From an uncultured delta proteobacterium (lineage in GTDB: Bacteria; Myxococcota; Kuafuiibacteriia; Kuafuiibacteriales; Kuafuiibacteriaceae), in the NCBI GenBank assembly GCA_963803435.1, contig CAWDML010000001.1, positions 1,728,001 to 1,792,000 on the forward strand: DNA of 64,000 bases. Direction: 5' to 3'. The notes below the pieces were generated by a model. It was not told the DNA's origin and ran no database searches. It saw only the letters and a program-made list of their open reading frames with translations. Each line of letters opens with the position of its first letter. Within the stretch, counting starts at the first letter, position 1. Shown piece after piece: positions 1-9,035 of this stretch. The position numbers were made by a program, and so were the translations under genes.

Positions 1-23
1 CCGAGGATCACCACCTTCGTCAT
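1..23 (-). CDS. 5' end of a gene running off the window; probable Rossmann-fold (FAD/NAD-binding) oxidoreductase
   Basis: ATG at 23 reads MTKVVILG..., the usual beta-strand leading into a GxG motif; divergent from sctL. Only 7 full codons are visible. Confidence 0.35.
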
Positions 24-103
24 GGAGCGGCGGATGCTAGCACATAGCCCCGCGCAAACACTCGTTTTCCCCAGAAGGGCGCCGGTGATAACATCGGCGG
101 ACC

Positions 104-838
104 TTGGCGAAGATCTTCAAGAATCCGAGCGTCGGCGGGCCGCCGCTGGCCAAGCCGCGCGGAAAGCCCGTCACCCGCCACCTCAACAACACCAACGACA
201 AGATCATCGAGGCGGAGGTCGTGGGCGCGACCACCCGCGCCCGTCAGATCTTGCGAGAGGCCGAGGAGGAGGCCCAGCGGATCATCGACGACGCCAACGA
301 GGGCAAGCGGGAGACCCACCAGCGCGGCTTCGAGGAGGGCCGGCAGGAGGCGCTGGCGCGCTTCACCAAGGACACCACGCAGGCGCTCTTGAAGGTGCAG
401 AACATGGAGGAGGAGCTCGAGCCCCTCTACATCGGTCTGATCCGCACCTGCGTCGAGAAGATCATCGACGGCGAGCTCCGCCTCCACCCCGACGCCATCG
501 TGGGTGTGGTGCGCAACGCGCTCCGCGACGCCCGCCAGCAGCGCGAGATCATGGTGCGCGTCCACCCGGCCGACGGCGAGGCGCTCGCCAAGAACAAGCC
601 GCGGCTCCTGGAGATGCTGGCGCGGGCGCAGACGATCGAGATCCGAACCGACGAGTCGATCAAGCGCGGCGGCTGTGTCGTGGTCACGGAGCTCGGCACC
701 ATCGACGCCTCGCTCGAGCGGCAGCTGGAAGCGCTCGGGCAGGCCCTGGAGACGGAGCTCAAGGAGGGCGGCCCCCTCGCGCCCGAGTACGACGAGGGCG
801 AGCTCGATCCCGAGGACGACCCCGGGTACGGACGCTGA
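104..838 (+). CDS. sctL: Type III secretion stator protein SctL (FliH/YscL family)
   Basis: 244 aa; AxxxG repeats (RGFEEGRQE), VRVHPAD and GGCVVVTELGTIDASLERQLE, typical of the FliH/SctL C-terminus; directly upstream of the ATPase. Confidence 0.9.
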   Translation: MAKIFKNPSVGGPPLAKPRGKPVTRHLNNTNDKIIEAEVVGATTRARQILREAEEEAQRIIDDANEGKRETHQRGFEEGRQEALARFTKDTTQALLKVQNMEEELEPLYIGLIRTCVEKIIDGELRLHPDAIVGVVRNALRDARQQREIMVRVHPADGEALAKNKPRLLEMLARAQTIEIRTDESIKRGGCVVVTELGTIDASLERQLEALGQALETELKEGGPLAPEYDEGELDPEDDPGYGR

Positions 839-841
839 GCG

Positions 842-2157
842 ATGGTTTCGGCGCCCATCAACTTCGAACGTTACGCCCAGCGCGTGCGGCGCACGAAGCT
901 GACCCGCGTCCGCGGCCGCGTCACCGAGCTCACCGGGCTGATCATCAAGGCGGCCGTCCCCGGCGTGCGCATCGGCGAGATGGTCGACATCATCAACCCG
1001 AACGGCCACGTGCACGCGGAGGTCGTCGGCTTCCGCGACAAGGAAGTGATGCTGATGCCCTTCGGCTTCCCCGAGGGGATCGGGCCCGACTCCGAGGTGG
1101 TGCCCACGGGCCGCTCCTTCGAGATCAAGTGCGGCGAGGGCCTCCTCGGCAAGGTGATCAACGGCCTGGGCCAACCGATCGACGGCAGCACCATCGACCC
1201 GCGCCGCGTCCACGACTGGGCGGTGGAGCGCAACCCGCCCGACCCGCTGGAGCGCGAGCGCGTGCTCGAGCACATCGGCTTCGGGGTGCGCGCGATCGAC
1301 GGCCTGCTCACCATCGGCAAGGGCCAGCGCATCGGGCTGTTCGCCGGGTCGGGCGTCGGCAAGTCGACGCTGATGGGACAGATCGCGAGGAACTGCGAGG
1401 CCGAGGTCGTCGTCTCCTGTCTGATCGGCGAGCGTGGTCGAGAGGTGAAGGACTACATCGAGGAGTCGCTCGGTGAGGTCGGCATGCGGAAGTCGGTGGT
1501 GGTGGTCGCGACCTCCGACGAGCCCTCGCTGGTCCGCAAGAAGTCGGCGTTCGTCGCCACCTCGGTCGCGGAGTAGTTCCGCGATCAGGGCGCGAAGGTG
1601 CTGATGATGATGGACTCGACCACGCGCTTCGCCCGCGCCCAGCGCGAGATCGGTCTGGCCGTGGGCGAGCCGCCGGCCCGCCAGGGCTATCCGCCGAGCG
1701 TGTTCTCCGAGCTGCCGCGTCTGCTCGAGCGCACCGGCAATTCGAGCCTGGGATCGATCACCGCGCTCTACACGGTGCTGGTCGCCGGCGGCGACATGGA
1801 AGAGCCCATCTCCGACGAGGTCCGCGGTATCCTCGACGGCCACATCATCCTCAATCGAAAGCTCGGCGACCGAAACCACTGGCCCGCGATCGACGTGCTC
1901 CCGTCCCTCTCCCGTGTCATGAGCGGCATCGTGGGGAGCGAGCACAAGCAGGCCGCCAGCAAGCTGCGGCAGGTGCTCTCCACCTACGACAAGCAGCGCG
2001 ACCTGATCCTCCTGGGCGCCTATCAGTATGGGGCGGATCCGGAGACCGACTACGCGATCGACAAGATCGAGGCGTGCGAGACTTCCTCAAGCAACGCACC
2101 GATGAGAACACACCGTTCGAAGAGGCGGTGCAGCAGCTGATCTCGCTCTTCGATTGA
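842..2157 (+). pseudogene. sctN: Type III secretion ATPase SctN (FliI/YscN); disrupted as sequenced, possibly by sequencing error
   Basis: Walker A FAGSGVGKS, GERGREV, Walker [27 protein letters not shown]. In-frame TAG at 1574-1576 in AE*FRDQG (normally AEYFRDQG). One base is missing near 2072; restoring it gives ..[19 protein letters not shown] ending at 2157. Confidence 0.9.
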
Positions 2158-2169
2158 GGCTGACACACG

Positions 2170-2666
2170 ATGGCGAAGCTCCCTCCTATCGGCTCCAGAC
2201 GCTCCTCGAGATGCGGGAGCGCGCCGAGGAGGAGGCGAAGAACGTCTTCGCGAAGGCGATGGCGCAGCTCCACGAGGAGCAGCGCATCCAGAAGGAGCTG
2301 GAGGACGAGCTCCAGCGGATGATCGAGGACCGGAAGCGCCGGCGGCGGGAGTACGCCGACAAGCTGGCATCCGGGGAGATGAAGATCACGGATCAGGCGT
2401 CGGCCTACCGCTACATCGATCGCATGAAGGAGATGGAGCAGGAGCAGCAGGGCCGGATTGACGGGCAGCGGGAGAACGTGCGGGAGGCCGAGAAGCTGGT
2501 GAAGCGCGCGCAGGACGCGCTGATCCAGGCCACCCAGGAGCTGAAAGCCCTCCAGAAACACCGGGAGAAGTGGGCGGATGAGGTGAAAAAGGAGAGGGCC
2601 CTCAAGGAGGAGAACCTCCTCGACGAGATCGGGCAGACCATCTTCCAGCAAAACTCGAGAAAATGA
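2170..2666 (+). CDS. sctO: Type III secretion stalk protein SctO (FliJ/YscO family)
   Basis: Coiled-coil YRLQTLLEMRERAEEEA...ELKALQKHREKW...LDEIG directly after the ATPase. ATG at 2170 (MAKLPPYRLQ) needs one extra base near 2186. Confidence 0.85.
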
Positions 2667-2669
2667 GGC

Positions 2670-2697
2670 GCAACCGGCAGCAACAGGCCGCCGATAA
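2670..2697 (+). promoter_or_regulatory. Candidate sigma28 (FliA)-type promoter
   Basis: GCAAC-N15-GCCGATAA; the -10 box is an exact match to the FliA consensus GCCGATAA, 21 nt upstream of the sctP-like ATG. Confidence 0.65.
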
Positions 2698-2718
2698 TCG
2701 CCACCGAAGGGGCGAGCC

Positions 2719-3597
2719 ATGAGCCGGGTCGATGACAGCGACAACCAGCGAATCCGCGAGATGCAGGAGACGGAGTACCGGAACCGCGTCGATCGCGAGA
2801 AGCGCGACAACGAGGCACGCACCACTCGCTCGTTCAACGAGGTGATGTCGCAGAAGAACCGCGGCCAGCTCGCCAAGCAGGCGGCGCAGAACAAGAAGAC
2901 CTCCGAGGAGCGGGAGACCCAAGGCAAGAACGTCCTCGATCAGGTTCGCGGCCAGGAGAAGAAGGACAAGACGGCGAGCGAGCTGGGGAGGAAGGCCGCG
3001 CTGTCGCGGGCGGCGAACTCGTCGCTGCTCAAGAAGCGCGCGGTGGAAGGTCAAGCGTCGCGCGTCGACAACGAGCAGCGCACCGACGAGCTGACCACGA
3101 AGGGCCAGGACGACAAGGATCGGATCGAGACCGAGGTCGAGCGCGACGACGAGAAGGAGGCCGTCCGCACCGAGGAGCGCCAGGCCGAGCATCGCCTGGG
3201 GAACGAGCACCCCGACCGCGTCGACGCCGACGGCCAGAACCAGCGCCAGCAGCAGCAGCAGCGCGAGCCGGAGCGCGAGGCCGCCGAGGCGATCGGCGCC
3301 GCCGAGGGACCGGCCGCCCCGCACAAGCCGTCGATCCCGCCCGACCTGATCGAGAAGATCGTCGGCCGCCTCTTCCAGGCGATCAACCCCGACGGCCGCA
3401 CCAGCCTCCAGGTGGATCTCAAGGGCGAGGGCCTCGAGGGCGTCACGCTCAAGATCGCGGCCGAGCACGGGCGCGTGAGCTGTACCTTCGAGGGCTGCAG
3501 CCCCGAGCTCAAGTCGGCGCTGCGGAGCGGCAAACCCGCCCTCACGCGCGGCCTCGCGAAGCGCGGCATGAAGCTGGTGGCGCTGCGCGTGTCGTAG
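2719..3597 (+). CDS. Needle/hook length-control protein, SctP/FliK-like
   Basis: Charged, low-complexity N-terminus and a compact C-terminal FliK-type domain (LQVDLKGEGLEGVTLKIAAEHGRVSCTF...LTRGLAKRGMKLVALRV); follows sctO. Confidence 0.7.
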   Translation: MSRVDDSDNQRIREMQETEYRNRVDREKRDNEARTTRSFNEVMSQKNRGQLAKQAAQNKKTSEERETQGKNVLDQVRGQEKKDKTASELGRKAALSRAANSSLLKKRAVEGQASRVDNEQRTDELTTKGQDDKDRIETEVERDDEKEAVRTEERQAEHRLGNEHPDRVDADGQNQRQQQQQREPEREAAEAIGAAEGPAAPHKPSIPPDLIEKIVGRLFQAINPDGRTSLQVDLKGEGLEGVTLKIAAEHGRVSCTFEGCSPELKSALRSGKPALTRGLAKRGMKLVALRVS

Positions 3598-3664
3598 CGC
3601 GGACCGGCGTCAGACCTCCAGCACGGACCGCATAGTCCCTTCTCGCAACGACGAGGAGGTAACG

Positions 3665-4900
3665 ATGTGGTGGATCAGAGCGCCCCGTGGCGCCGTCTTG
3701 TTGATTTCGTTTCTCGCGATTCCCTGGAGCTCGGCCTGGGCTTCGTCACGGCAGCCGTCCCTCGCCTACGGGCCGAGTCATGCGGCTGCGATTGTCCATG
3801 GTCTGGTCTCTTCCATCACGTCCTGTGCTGCGAACGATCAGAGCTCGGCCTGGACGTTCGTCGAGCTTCAGGTCATCGACACGCTGGCCGGACATCTCGT
3901 GCCCGCCCCGGGGCAATCGGCGACGCGGCACACCGTACGCTTCAAGCTCGGCGAGTACGCGAACGGGACGGTGGGCGGCTTCGCGGGCACGCCCCGGCTC
4001 GTCCCCGGCGACGAGGTCGTGCTGCTGCTCGAGAGATCGGGCACGCCCGGACAGCCCGCGCTGGTGCCGATCAACCTGGCGGGCGACGGGCTCTATCGGA
4101 TCTTCCAGCTCGGCGGGGGCGCAACGGCGGTCGTCGACGGTGCCGGCCTGCTGGTGCTGACGACGGCCTCGGGAGAGCCGGTCCTGGGCCCGAAGATCGA
4201 GCATGGGGAGGCAAACTTCCCGCCCGGCAACCCGGTGAACCGGCCCGCCGCGGTGACCGACATCCTCGACGCCCAGAGCTATTCGGTCACGTTCGGTGAC
4301 GCTCCGCTCAGAGGGACCTGGAAGCTGGCGGCGCGGTTCAGCGTTCACAACCCGGTCCAGATCACGACCGGATCCGGCACGTATGTCCCCGACATCGACG
4401 GCCGGTGCACCGCGGACCTGTTCGGCGCCTACGACGGCCAGCAGCTCCATGCGACCGGCACATGCCTGGGCCCGTACGTCGGAGACATAAACGTCGACCT
4501 GACCGGCCACGTGGTCGCCGGGCGCTGGCGCGGACAGATCTCGGTGTCGAGCGATCATCCTCAGGAACAGCAGGTTACGTTCCAGTGGGCGTCTCCTCCG
4601 ATCGTCGCCGCGGATGCGGATCGGCTCACGGGGACGATCACGCAGATCCTCGGCGCCACGCCGCCGGCCCCCTCCAACCTCTCGCTGATTCAACCGATCG
4701 CGAACGAGATCGGTCTCATCGGGGCGTGGGTCGGAGGAATCCGTCCCGTGATGACCAAGCAGGCCTTTCTCGACTGGCTCCAGACGACGGCCGCCGACGC
4801 CGGCAACCCGGGCGCCTCGGTCGATTCGACGCCGATGAACGCCGCGCGCTGCAACCAGCTGATTCCCGCGAAGCCCGCGATCGTAGGAGGGTCCCAATGA
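3665..4900 (+). CDS. Secreted hypothetical protein; N-terminus resembles the domain often found ahead of matrixin-type proteases
   Basis: Signal peptide (..SSAWA), IVHGLVSSI..WTFVELQVIDTLAG..GG..GTPRLVPGDEVVLLL; RBS GAGGAGG at 3653-3659; ATGA overlap with the next gene. Confidence 0.65.
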   Translation: MWWIRAPRGAVLLISFLAIPWSSAWASSRQPSLAYGPSHAAAIVHGLVSSITSCAANDQSSAWTFVELQVIDTLAGHLVPAPGQSATRHTVRFKLGEYANGTVGGFAGTPRLVPGDEVVLLLERSGTPGQPALVPINLAGDGLYRIFQLGGGATAVVDGAGLLVLTTASGEPVLGPKIEHGEANFPPGNPVNRPAAVTDILDAQSYSVTFGDAPLRGTWKLAARFSVHNPVQITTGSGTYVPDIDGRCTADLFGAYDGQQLHATGTCLGPYVGDINVDLTGHVVAGRWRGQISVSSDHPQEQQVTFQWASPPIVAADADRLTGTITQILGATPPAPSNLSLIQPIANEIGLIGAWVGGIRPVMTKQAFLDWLQTTAADAGNPGASVDSTPMNAARCNQLIPAKPAIVGGSQ

Positions 4901-6336
4901 TCACCACCATCCGCCGCCTCACACTCTGCGCGTTGTTGTTCGCAGCCACGCCTGCGTGGGCTTACCACTTCTACGACGATCCCAGCGGATCGGATCCTCC
5001 GCGGTGGCGCTCGAACGCGGTGGGGATGAGCATCAATACCATCTCGTTCCCCGCCACCGGGTCTCTGCATGGTCCGATCAACGACACCATCGAGCTCTGG
5101 GACGACGACGAGATCCCCGGCTCAGCGCTCGGCGTCACCGCCGGGTCGATCAACTCGTTGTTCATCTCCAACAACGACAACGTGAACATGGTGGTCGCCA
5201 CCGATCTGGGGACCTGCGAGCCCGGCAACATCGGATTCACGGATCCGCGCATTCCGATCCAGTTCCTCGCCTGGGGGGGTGACTTCGAGGAGGCCGACAT
5301 CCTGTTCAACTCGAACTGCACCTTCACCACCGCGCAGTACTTCGACATGTACGATGCGCTGCGCGCCGCGAACCAGTGGGACATTCGACAGCTGACGATC
5401 CACGAGATGGGGCACTCGGTGGGGCTGGAGCACGAGAACGGGACGTATGACCTGGGCTCGTCGATCGGTGCCGGCGGCGTCTGCTGCTTCCCCGAGATCT
5501 ACGACTATGCCGGCTTTCCCACGGTCATGGAGACATGGACGTCGGGCGGAGCCTTCGTCGCGGACACCGGATATCTCTCCCGTAAGTATGGCGTGAACGA
5601 GGACGATCGTGAGGGCCTGCGCGTGCTGTATCCGACCGGTCCGAGCCCCATCCTCTCCGACCACGACCTGGCGGTGTCGAGCTACTACACGCCCGACGAG
5701 GACACGATCACCCTCGGCTTCAAGGGAACCGACTGCCACAACGCCGTCGGAGCGCGCTCCCGGCCAGATCCGCGCGTCGACCTCTTCGATCTGGCGATGA
5801 GCCAGGGCCTGGCCTTCGGCTCCTGTCCCACCGGGTTCGACAGCGTGCCGCCACCCGAGTACACGCCCCCGCCGGCGACGCCGCTCGAGGTGCTCTCGGG
5901 CGCGACGCTGTCCGTGGTGTTCTCACTGCTGAACCTGGGCACGATCAGCGAGACCGACGTCCCATTCCGCGTGGTCATGACGCAGACGATCGGAGCAACC
6001 TGCCCATCGTCGACCTGCTTCGTGGTGGAAGACGCCAGCCCGGACGTCTCACCGAACACCCCGTACGAACGGACGACGACGTTCACCGTTCCGGATGCTC
6101 CGGACGGCGAGTACTACTTGGTGGCGCAGATCGACTATTCGGGCTCGATCACGGAGCGCGACGAAAACAACAACATCGCGGTGTGGAACCAGAAGCTCGA
6201 GATCGTCTCGCTCGGCTGCGGCTGCTCGACGATCACCGGCTCGTCCGCCCGCCTCGGCTCGCTCTGGAGCCTCGGCGTGCTGGCGTTGCTCGGGGCCCTC
6301 AGGCTCGGGCGCCGCGGCCGGACGCGACGAAGCTGA
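4897..6336 (+). CDS. Secreted metzincin (matrixin-like) metalloprotease with a CARDB-like Ig domain and a MYXO-CTERM-like anchor
   Basis: Signal peptide ..TPAWA; HEMGHSVGLEH zinc motif; Met-turn TVME; YYLVAQID...ERDENNN (CARDB); C-terminal GCGCS + hydrophobic helix + basic tail. Confidence 0.8.
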   Translation: MITTIRRLTLCALLFAATPAWAYHFYDDPSGSDPPRWRSNAVGMSINTISFPATGSLHGPINDTIELWDDDEIPGSALGVTAGSINSLFISNNDNVNMVVATDLGTCEPGNIGFTDPRIPIQFLAWGGDFEEADILFNSNCTFTTAQYFDMYDALRAANQWDIRQLTIHEMGHSVGLEHENGTYDLGSSIGAGGVCCFPEIYDYAGFPTVMETWTSGGAFVADTGYLSRKYGVNEDDREGLRVLYPTGPSPILSDHDLAVSSYYTPDEDTITLGFKGTDCHNAVGARSRPDPRVDLFDLAMSQGLAFGSCPTGFDSVPPPEYTPPPATPLEVLSGATLSVVFSLLNLGTISETDVPFRVVMTQTIGATCPSSTCFVVEDASPDVSPNTPYERTTTFTVPDAPDGEYYLVAQIDYSGSITERDENNNIAVWNQKLEIVSLGCGCSTITGSSARLGSLWSLGVLALLGALRLGRRGRTRRS

Positions 6337-6346
6337 GGCGCGAGCG

Positions 6347-6805
6347 TCAGCGCTTCGCCGCCAAGATCGCCCGGAGCCGGGCGTCCTCTCGATCCGACGC
6401 GAAGTAGCGCTTGGTCCCGTTCGGACCCTCGAGCGACATGCAGTACTCGAGCTCCTCGCTCGGCGCCTCGCCGGGCTGACAGCGCCACGTCTTGACCTGA
6501 TAGGCGGCGCGCCGGTCCTCCTGGAGGACGTGGATCGAGAGTCGCTCACCGTCGAGGTTCCACTCGACGAAGTCGATCGACAGCCGGAAGCGCGAGGTCT
6601 TGGCGGTCAGCCCGACGTCGCTGTCGTCCGCCAGGAACAGGGCGTCCACCATCTCCCGCGGATCGTCCGTGACCCGGTCGATCCAGAAGCGCTCCGTCAG
6701 GAACTCCGTCGACGCCGGGTGCAGCGCCGAGCGGCCGGACCAGATCAGGAGGATGACGGCGATGATGACGATCGCCATGATGACCTTCTTCGGTGGCCAA
6801 CGCAT
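6347..6805 (-). CDS. Hypothetical membrane-anchored protein
   Basis: N-terminal hydrophobic helix (IMAIVIIAVILLIW) then ERFWIDRV..; fills the gap between genes; start uncertain. Confidence 0.6.
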   Translation of the reverse strand: MRWPPKKVIMAIVIIAVILLIWSGRSALHPASTEFLTERFWIDRVTDDPREMVDALFLADDSDVGLTAKTSRFRLSIDFVEWNLDGERLSIHVLQEDRRAAYQVKTWRCQPGEAPSEELEYCMSLEGPNGTKRYFASDREDARLRAILAAKR

Positions 6806-6842
6806 GCGGCGAAGGATACGCCATCGAGGCGGCCCGTAAGAA

Positions 6843-8474
6843 GTGGCGGGCTTGCGCGGCGCTCCCCACAGGGTTACGAGAACCTTTGGCTTGAGCCGCC
6901 ATCCTCCACCGCCTCCGCCCTCGTCCCTGGTCGACGTCGCGGTTCTCACCCGCCAGGCGCGGGCCTACGAGCCGGGGGATCCGGAGCTCCGGAAGAAGCG
7001 GATCCGCCGCTTTCGTCTCGAGGAGCTCCAGCGGATCCCGAGGGAGCACCGCGATCTCCATCGCGCGCTGCACACCGTGATGCCCGAGGCGTTGTTTCAG
7101 CCCGGTTTTCTGGTCCGGATCTGCGACGTGCTCCAGAAGTACACCGACATCAAGATCGACCTCTGGGCCGACACGATCCGGACGGTCAGGCGGGATCAGC
7201 TCCGGTCGATCATCCCCGGGACCACCTTCCTCGCGATCATCGGCCTGCCGCCGTTCACCGAGAAGCTCGTCGTCGAGGTCGACCTCCGCTTCGTCTACGC
7301 GGCGGTCAACAAGCTGCTGGGCGGTCACGGGATCTCCGTCGACATGCACCGGCCGCTCACCGAGATCGAGCAAGGCGTCTTCTCGTACCTCTTCCTCAAG
7401 GCGCTGGTCCTCTTCCAGGACGAGATCTCCACCGTGGAGCAGGTGGCGGTCCGGCTCGAGGACATGCGCAACGACGTCCGCAGCACGGCCGACATCTTTC
7501 GCACCGAAGACTTCTGGCTGTGCTCCACCTGGAAGATGAACTTCGATCTCGACGTCGGGTACGTGCGCGTCCTGGTGCCCACCTCGCTGGCCCGGCGCGT
7601 CGTCCCTCGACGTGCGCCCAAGGGCTCGCAGCTGGAGGCGCAGATGCACCAGCGGATCCGCCGCCGCATGGCGCGGCTCGGCGGCGCGTATGTGGAGGCC
7701 CGGGTGGAAGCTGGACGGATCGATCTCACCCAGGAGAACCTGACCGCGCTCGATCCGGGCGACATCATCCTTCTCGAGGAGACGCAGGTCAGGTTGCGCC
7801 CGGACGGCTCGGTCTCCGGACCGGCGCAGATGACGGTCGGCCTCGGGACGCGCGGCATCGTGCACGGCGAGGTCGGTGTGCAGCGCGGACAGGTGGTCTT
7901 CCACATCAAGTCGATCGAGGCCATCGAGCTCCCCGAGGAGCACGATCCCCAGCTCCTGCACGGCGAGCACGGGAACCCAGAGGAGGTCATGGCGGAGTAC
8001 GAGGAACGGCCCGAGGACGAGGCCGAGGACGGCGCTTCATCGGCGGACGAGGTACTCGACGAAGACTTCGGGCTCGACGACGAGAACGAAGGCGACGACG
8101 AGCAGTACGAGTACGAGGAAGACGGCTACGGGGAGTACGACGAGGAGCAGGCCTACCAAGAAGAGGAAGAACAACAGGACGCCGGCGGCGGGGAAGACGA
8201 GGTCCCCATCGACGACGACGACAACCTGGCCGAGGCCGAGCCGCTGCTCGGCGACATCCCGATCGCGGTGGTGGTCGAGCTCGGCCGGGTCCAACTGACC
8301 GCAGACGAGGTGATCCGGCTTCGCGCCGGACAGCTGATCGAGCTCGGCCGATCGCCGGCCGATCCGGTCGACCTGGTGGTGAACGGGAAGCTCCTGGCGA
8401 AGGGCGAGCTGGTGGAGATCGAGGGGGCGCTGGGCGTGAAGCTCCTGAACCTGGTGAAGGACGGTTCCGAATGA
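6843..8474 (+). CDS. sctQ: Type III secretion cytoplasmic-ring protein SctQ (FliM/FliN-like)
   Basis: FliM-like middle (RPLTEIEQGV), SpoA1 (LDPGDIILL), long acidic linker, SpoA2 (DIPIAVVVELGR..VDLVVNGKLLAKGELVEIEGALGVKL). Start uncertain (TTG at 6891 is an alternative). Confidence 0.9.
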   Translation: MAGLRGAPHRVTRTFGLSRHPPPPPPSSLVDVAVLTRQARAYEPGDPELRKKRIRRFRLEELQRIPREHRDLHRALHTVMPEALFQPGFLVRICDVLQKYTDIKIDLWADTIRTVRRDQLRSIIPGTTFLAIIGLPPFTEKLVVEVDLRFVYAAVNKLLGGHGISVDMHRPLTEIEQGVFSYLFLKALVLFQDEISTVEQVAVRLEDMRNDVRSTADIFRTEDFWLCSTWKMNFDLDVGYVRVLVPTSLARRVVPRRAPKGSQLEAQMHQRIRRRMARLGGAYVEARVEAGRIDLTQENLTALDPGDIILLEETQVRLRPDGSVSGPAQMTVGLGTRGIVHGEVGVQRGQVVFHIKSIEAIELPEEHDPQLLHGEHGNPEEVMAEYEERPEDEAEDGASSADEVLDEDFGLDDENEGDDEQYEYEEDGYGEYDEEQAYQEEEEQQDAGGGEDEVPIDDDDNLAEAEPLLGDIPIAVVVELGRVQLTADEVIRLRAGQLIELGRSPADPVDLVVNGKLLAKGELVEIEGALGVKLLNLVKDGSE

Positions 8475-9034
8475 AGCTCCCCATACTATTCGTGTTGATC
8501 GCGCTGGCCTCGCCCGCCCGGGCGGACCCGGCCCCTGCCGGCTCTTCGACGATCGCCAGCACGGTCTGCGCCGACGACGACGAGGTCTGCAAGGCCGAGG
8601 CGCGACGTCACCTCGAGGCCATTCCGCTCGAGCCCAACCTGGGGCTGGGCGGCGACGGCCAGCCGACGGACGCGCCCTCGCTGGCCTTCATGTTCTTCAA
8701 GATGCTGCTGACGCTCGGGGCGGTCTGCCTGCTGGCGTATCTGTCGCTCGGCAAGCTCCTGCCCAAGATCCTCCGGGTGCAGGCGCCGATCGCCGGGCAC
8801 CGGATCATGCACGTGGTCGACCGCCTGCCGATCGATCAGCGCCGATCGGTCATGATCATCAAGACCGGCGAGCAGCTCTACTTTCTCATCGGAGTCACGG
8901 AGCACGGGATCTCGCTCTTGTCCCGGCTCGACTCCGACGACGTCGACACCGCGCTGGCGACGGTCGCCGCCGAGCCGCCCCGCCTCGGCCGATTTGCCCA
9001 GGCCCTGATGGGCCGATCAGGGAAGGAGAGTTGA
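8471..9034 (+). CDS. fliO: FliO/MopB-family export-gate assembly protein
   Basis: Signal-like N-terminus, TM helix (MLLTLGAVCLLAYL), then HVVDRLPIDQRRSVMIIK..YFLIGVTEHGISLLSRL, typical of FliO; ATGA overlap with the sctQ stop. The 979-aa ORF in the track over-extends this gene. Confidence 0.8.
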   Translation: MKLPILFVLIALASPARADPAPAGSSTIASTVCADDDEVCKAEARRHLEAIPLEPNLGLGGDGQPTDAPSLAFMFFKMLLTLGAVCLLAYLSLGKLLPKILRVQAPIAGHRIMHVVDRLPIDQRRSVMIIKTGEQLYFLIGVTEHGISLLSRLDSDDVDTALATVAAEPPRLGRFAQALMGRSGKES

Positions 9035-9035
9035 G

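Noticed and set aside
1574-1576. Genome-wide amber recoding or pyrrolysine
   Set aside because: TAG ends several intact genes here (sctP-like, sctU, sctV, alaS), and the site is a conserved Tyr one base from TAC.
20-1945. Long antisense or alternate-frame ORFs (e.g. 20..1945, 19169..21751, 22371..25964, 47901..51518, 57437..59602)
   Set aside because: Shadow ORFs expected at this GC content; each overlaps a better-supported gene.
6095-8470. 5' extension of the 979-aa ORF
   Set aside because: Arg/Gly-rich off-frame read-through of sctQ; only 8471..9034 looks like a real FliO-type protein.
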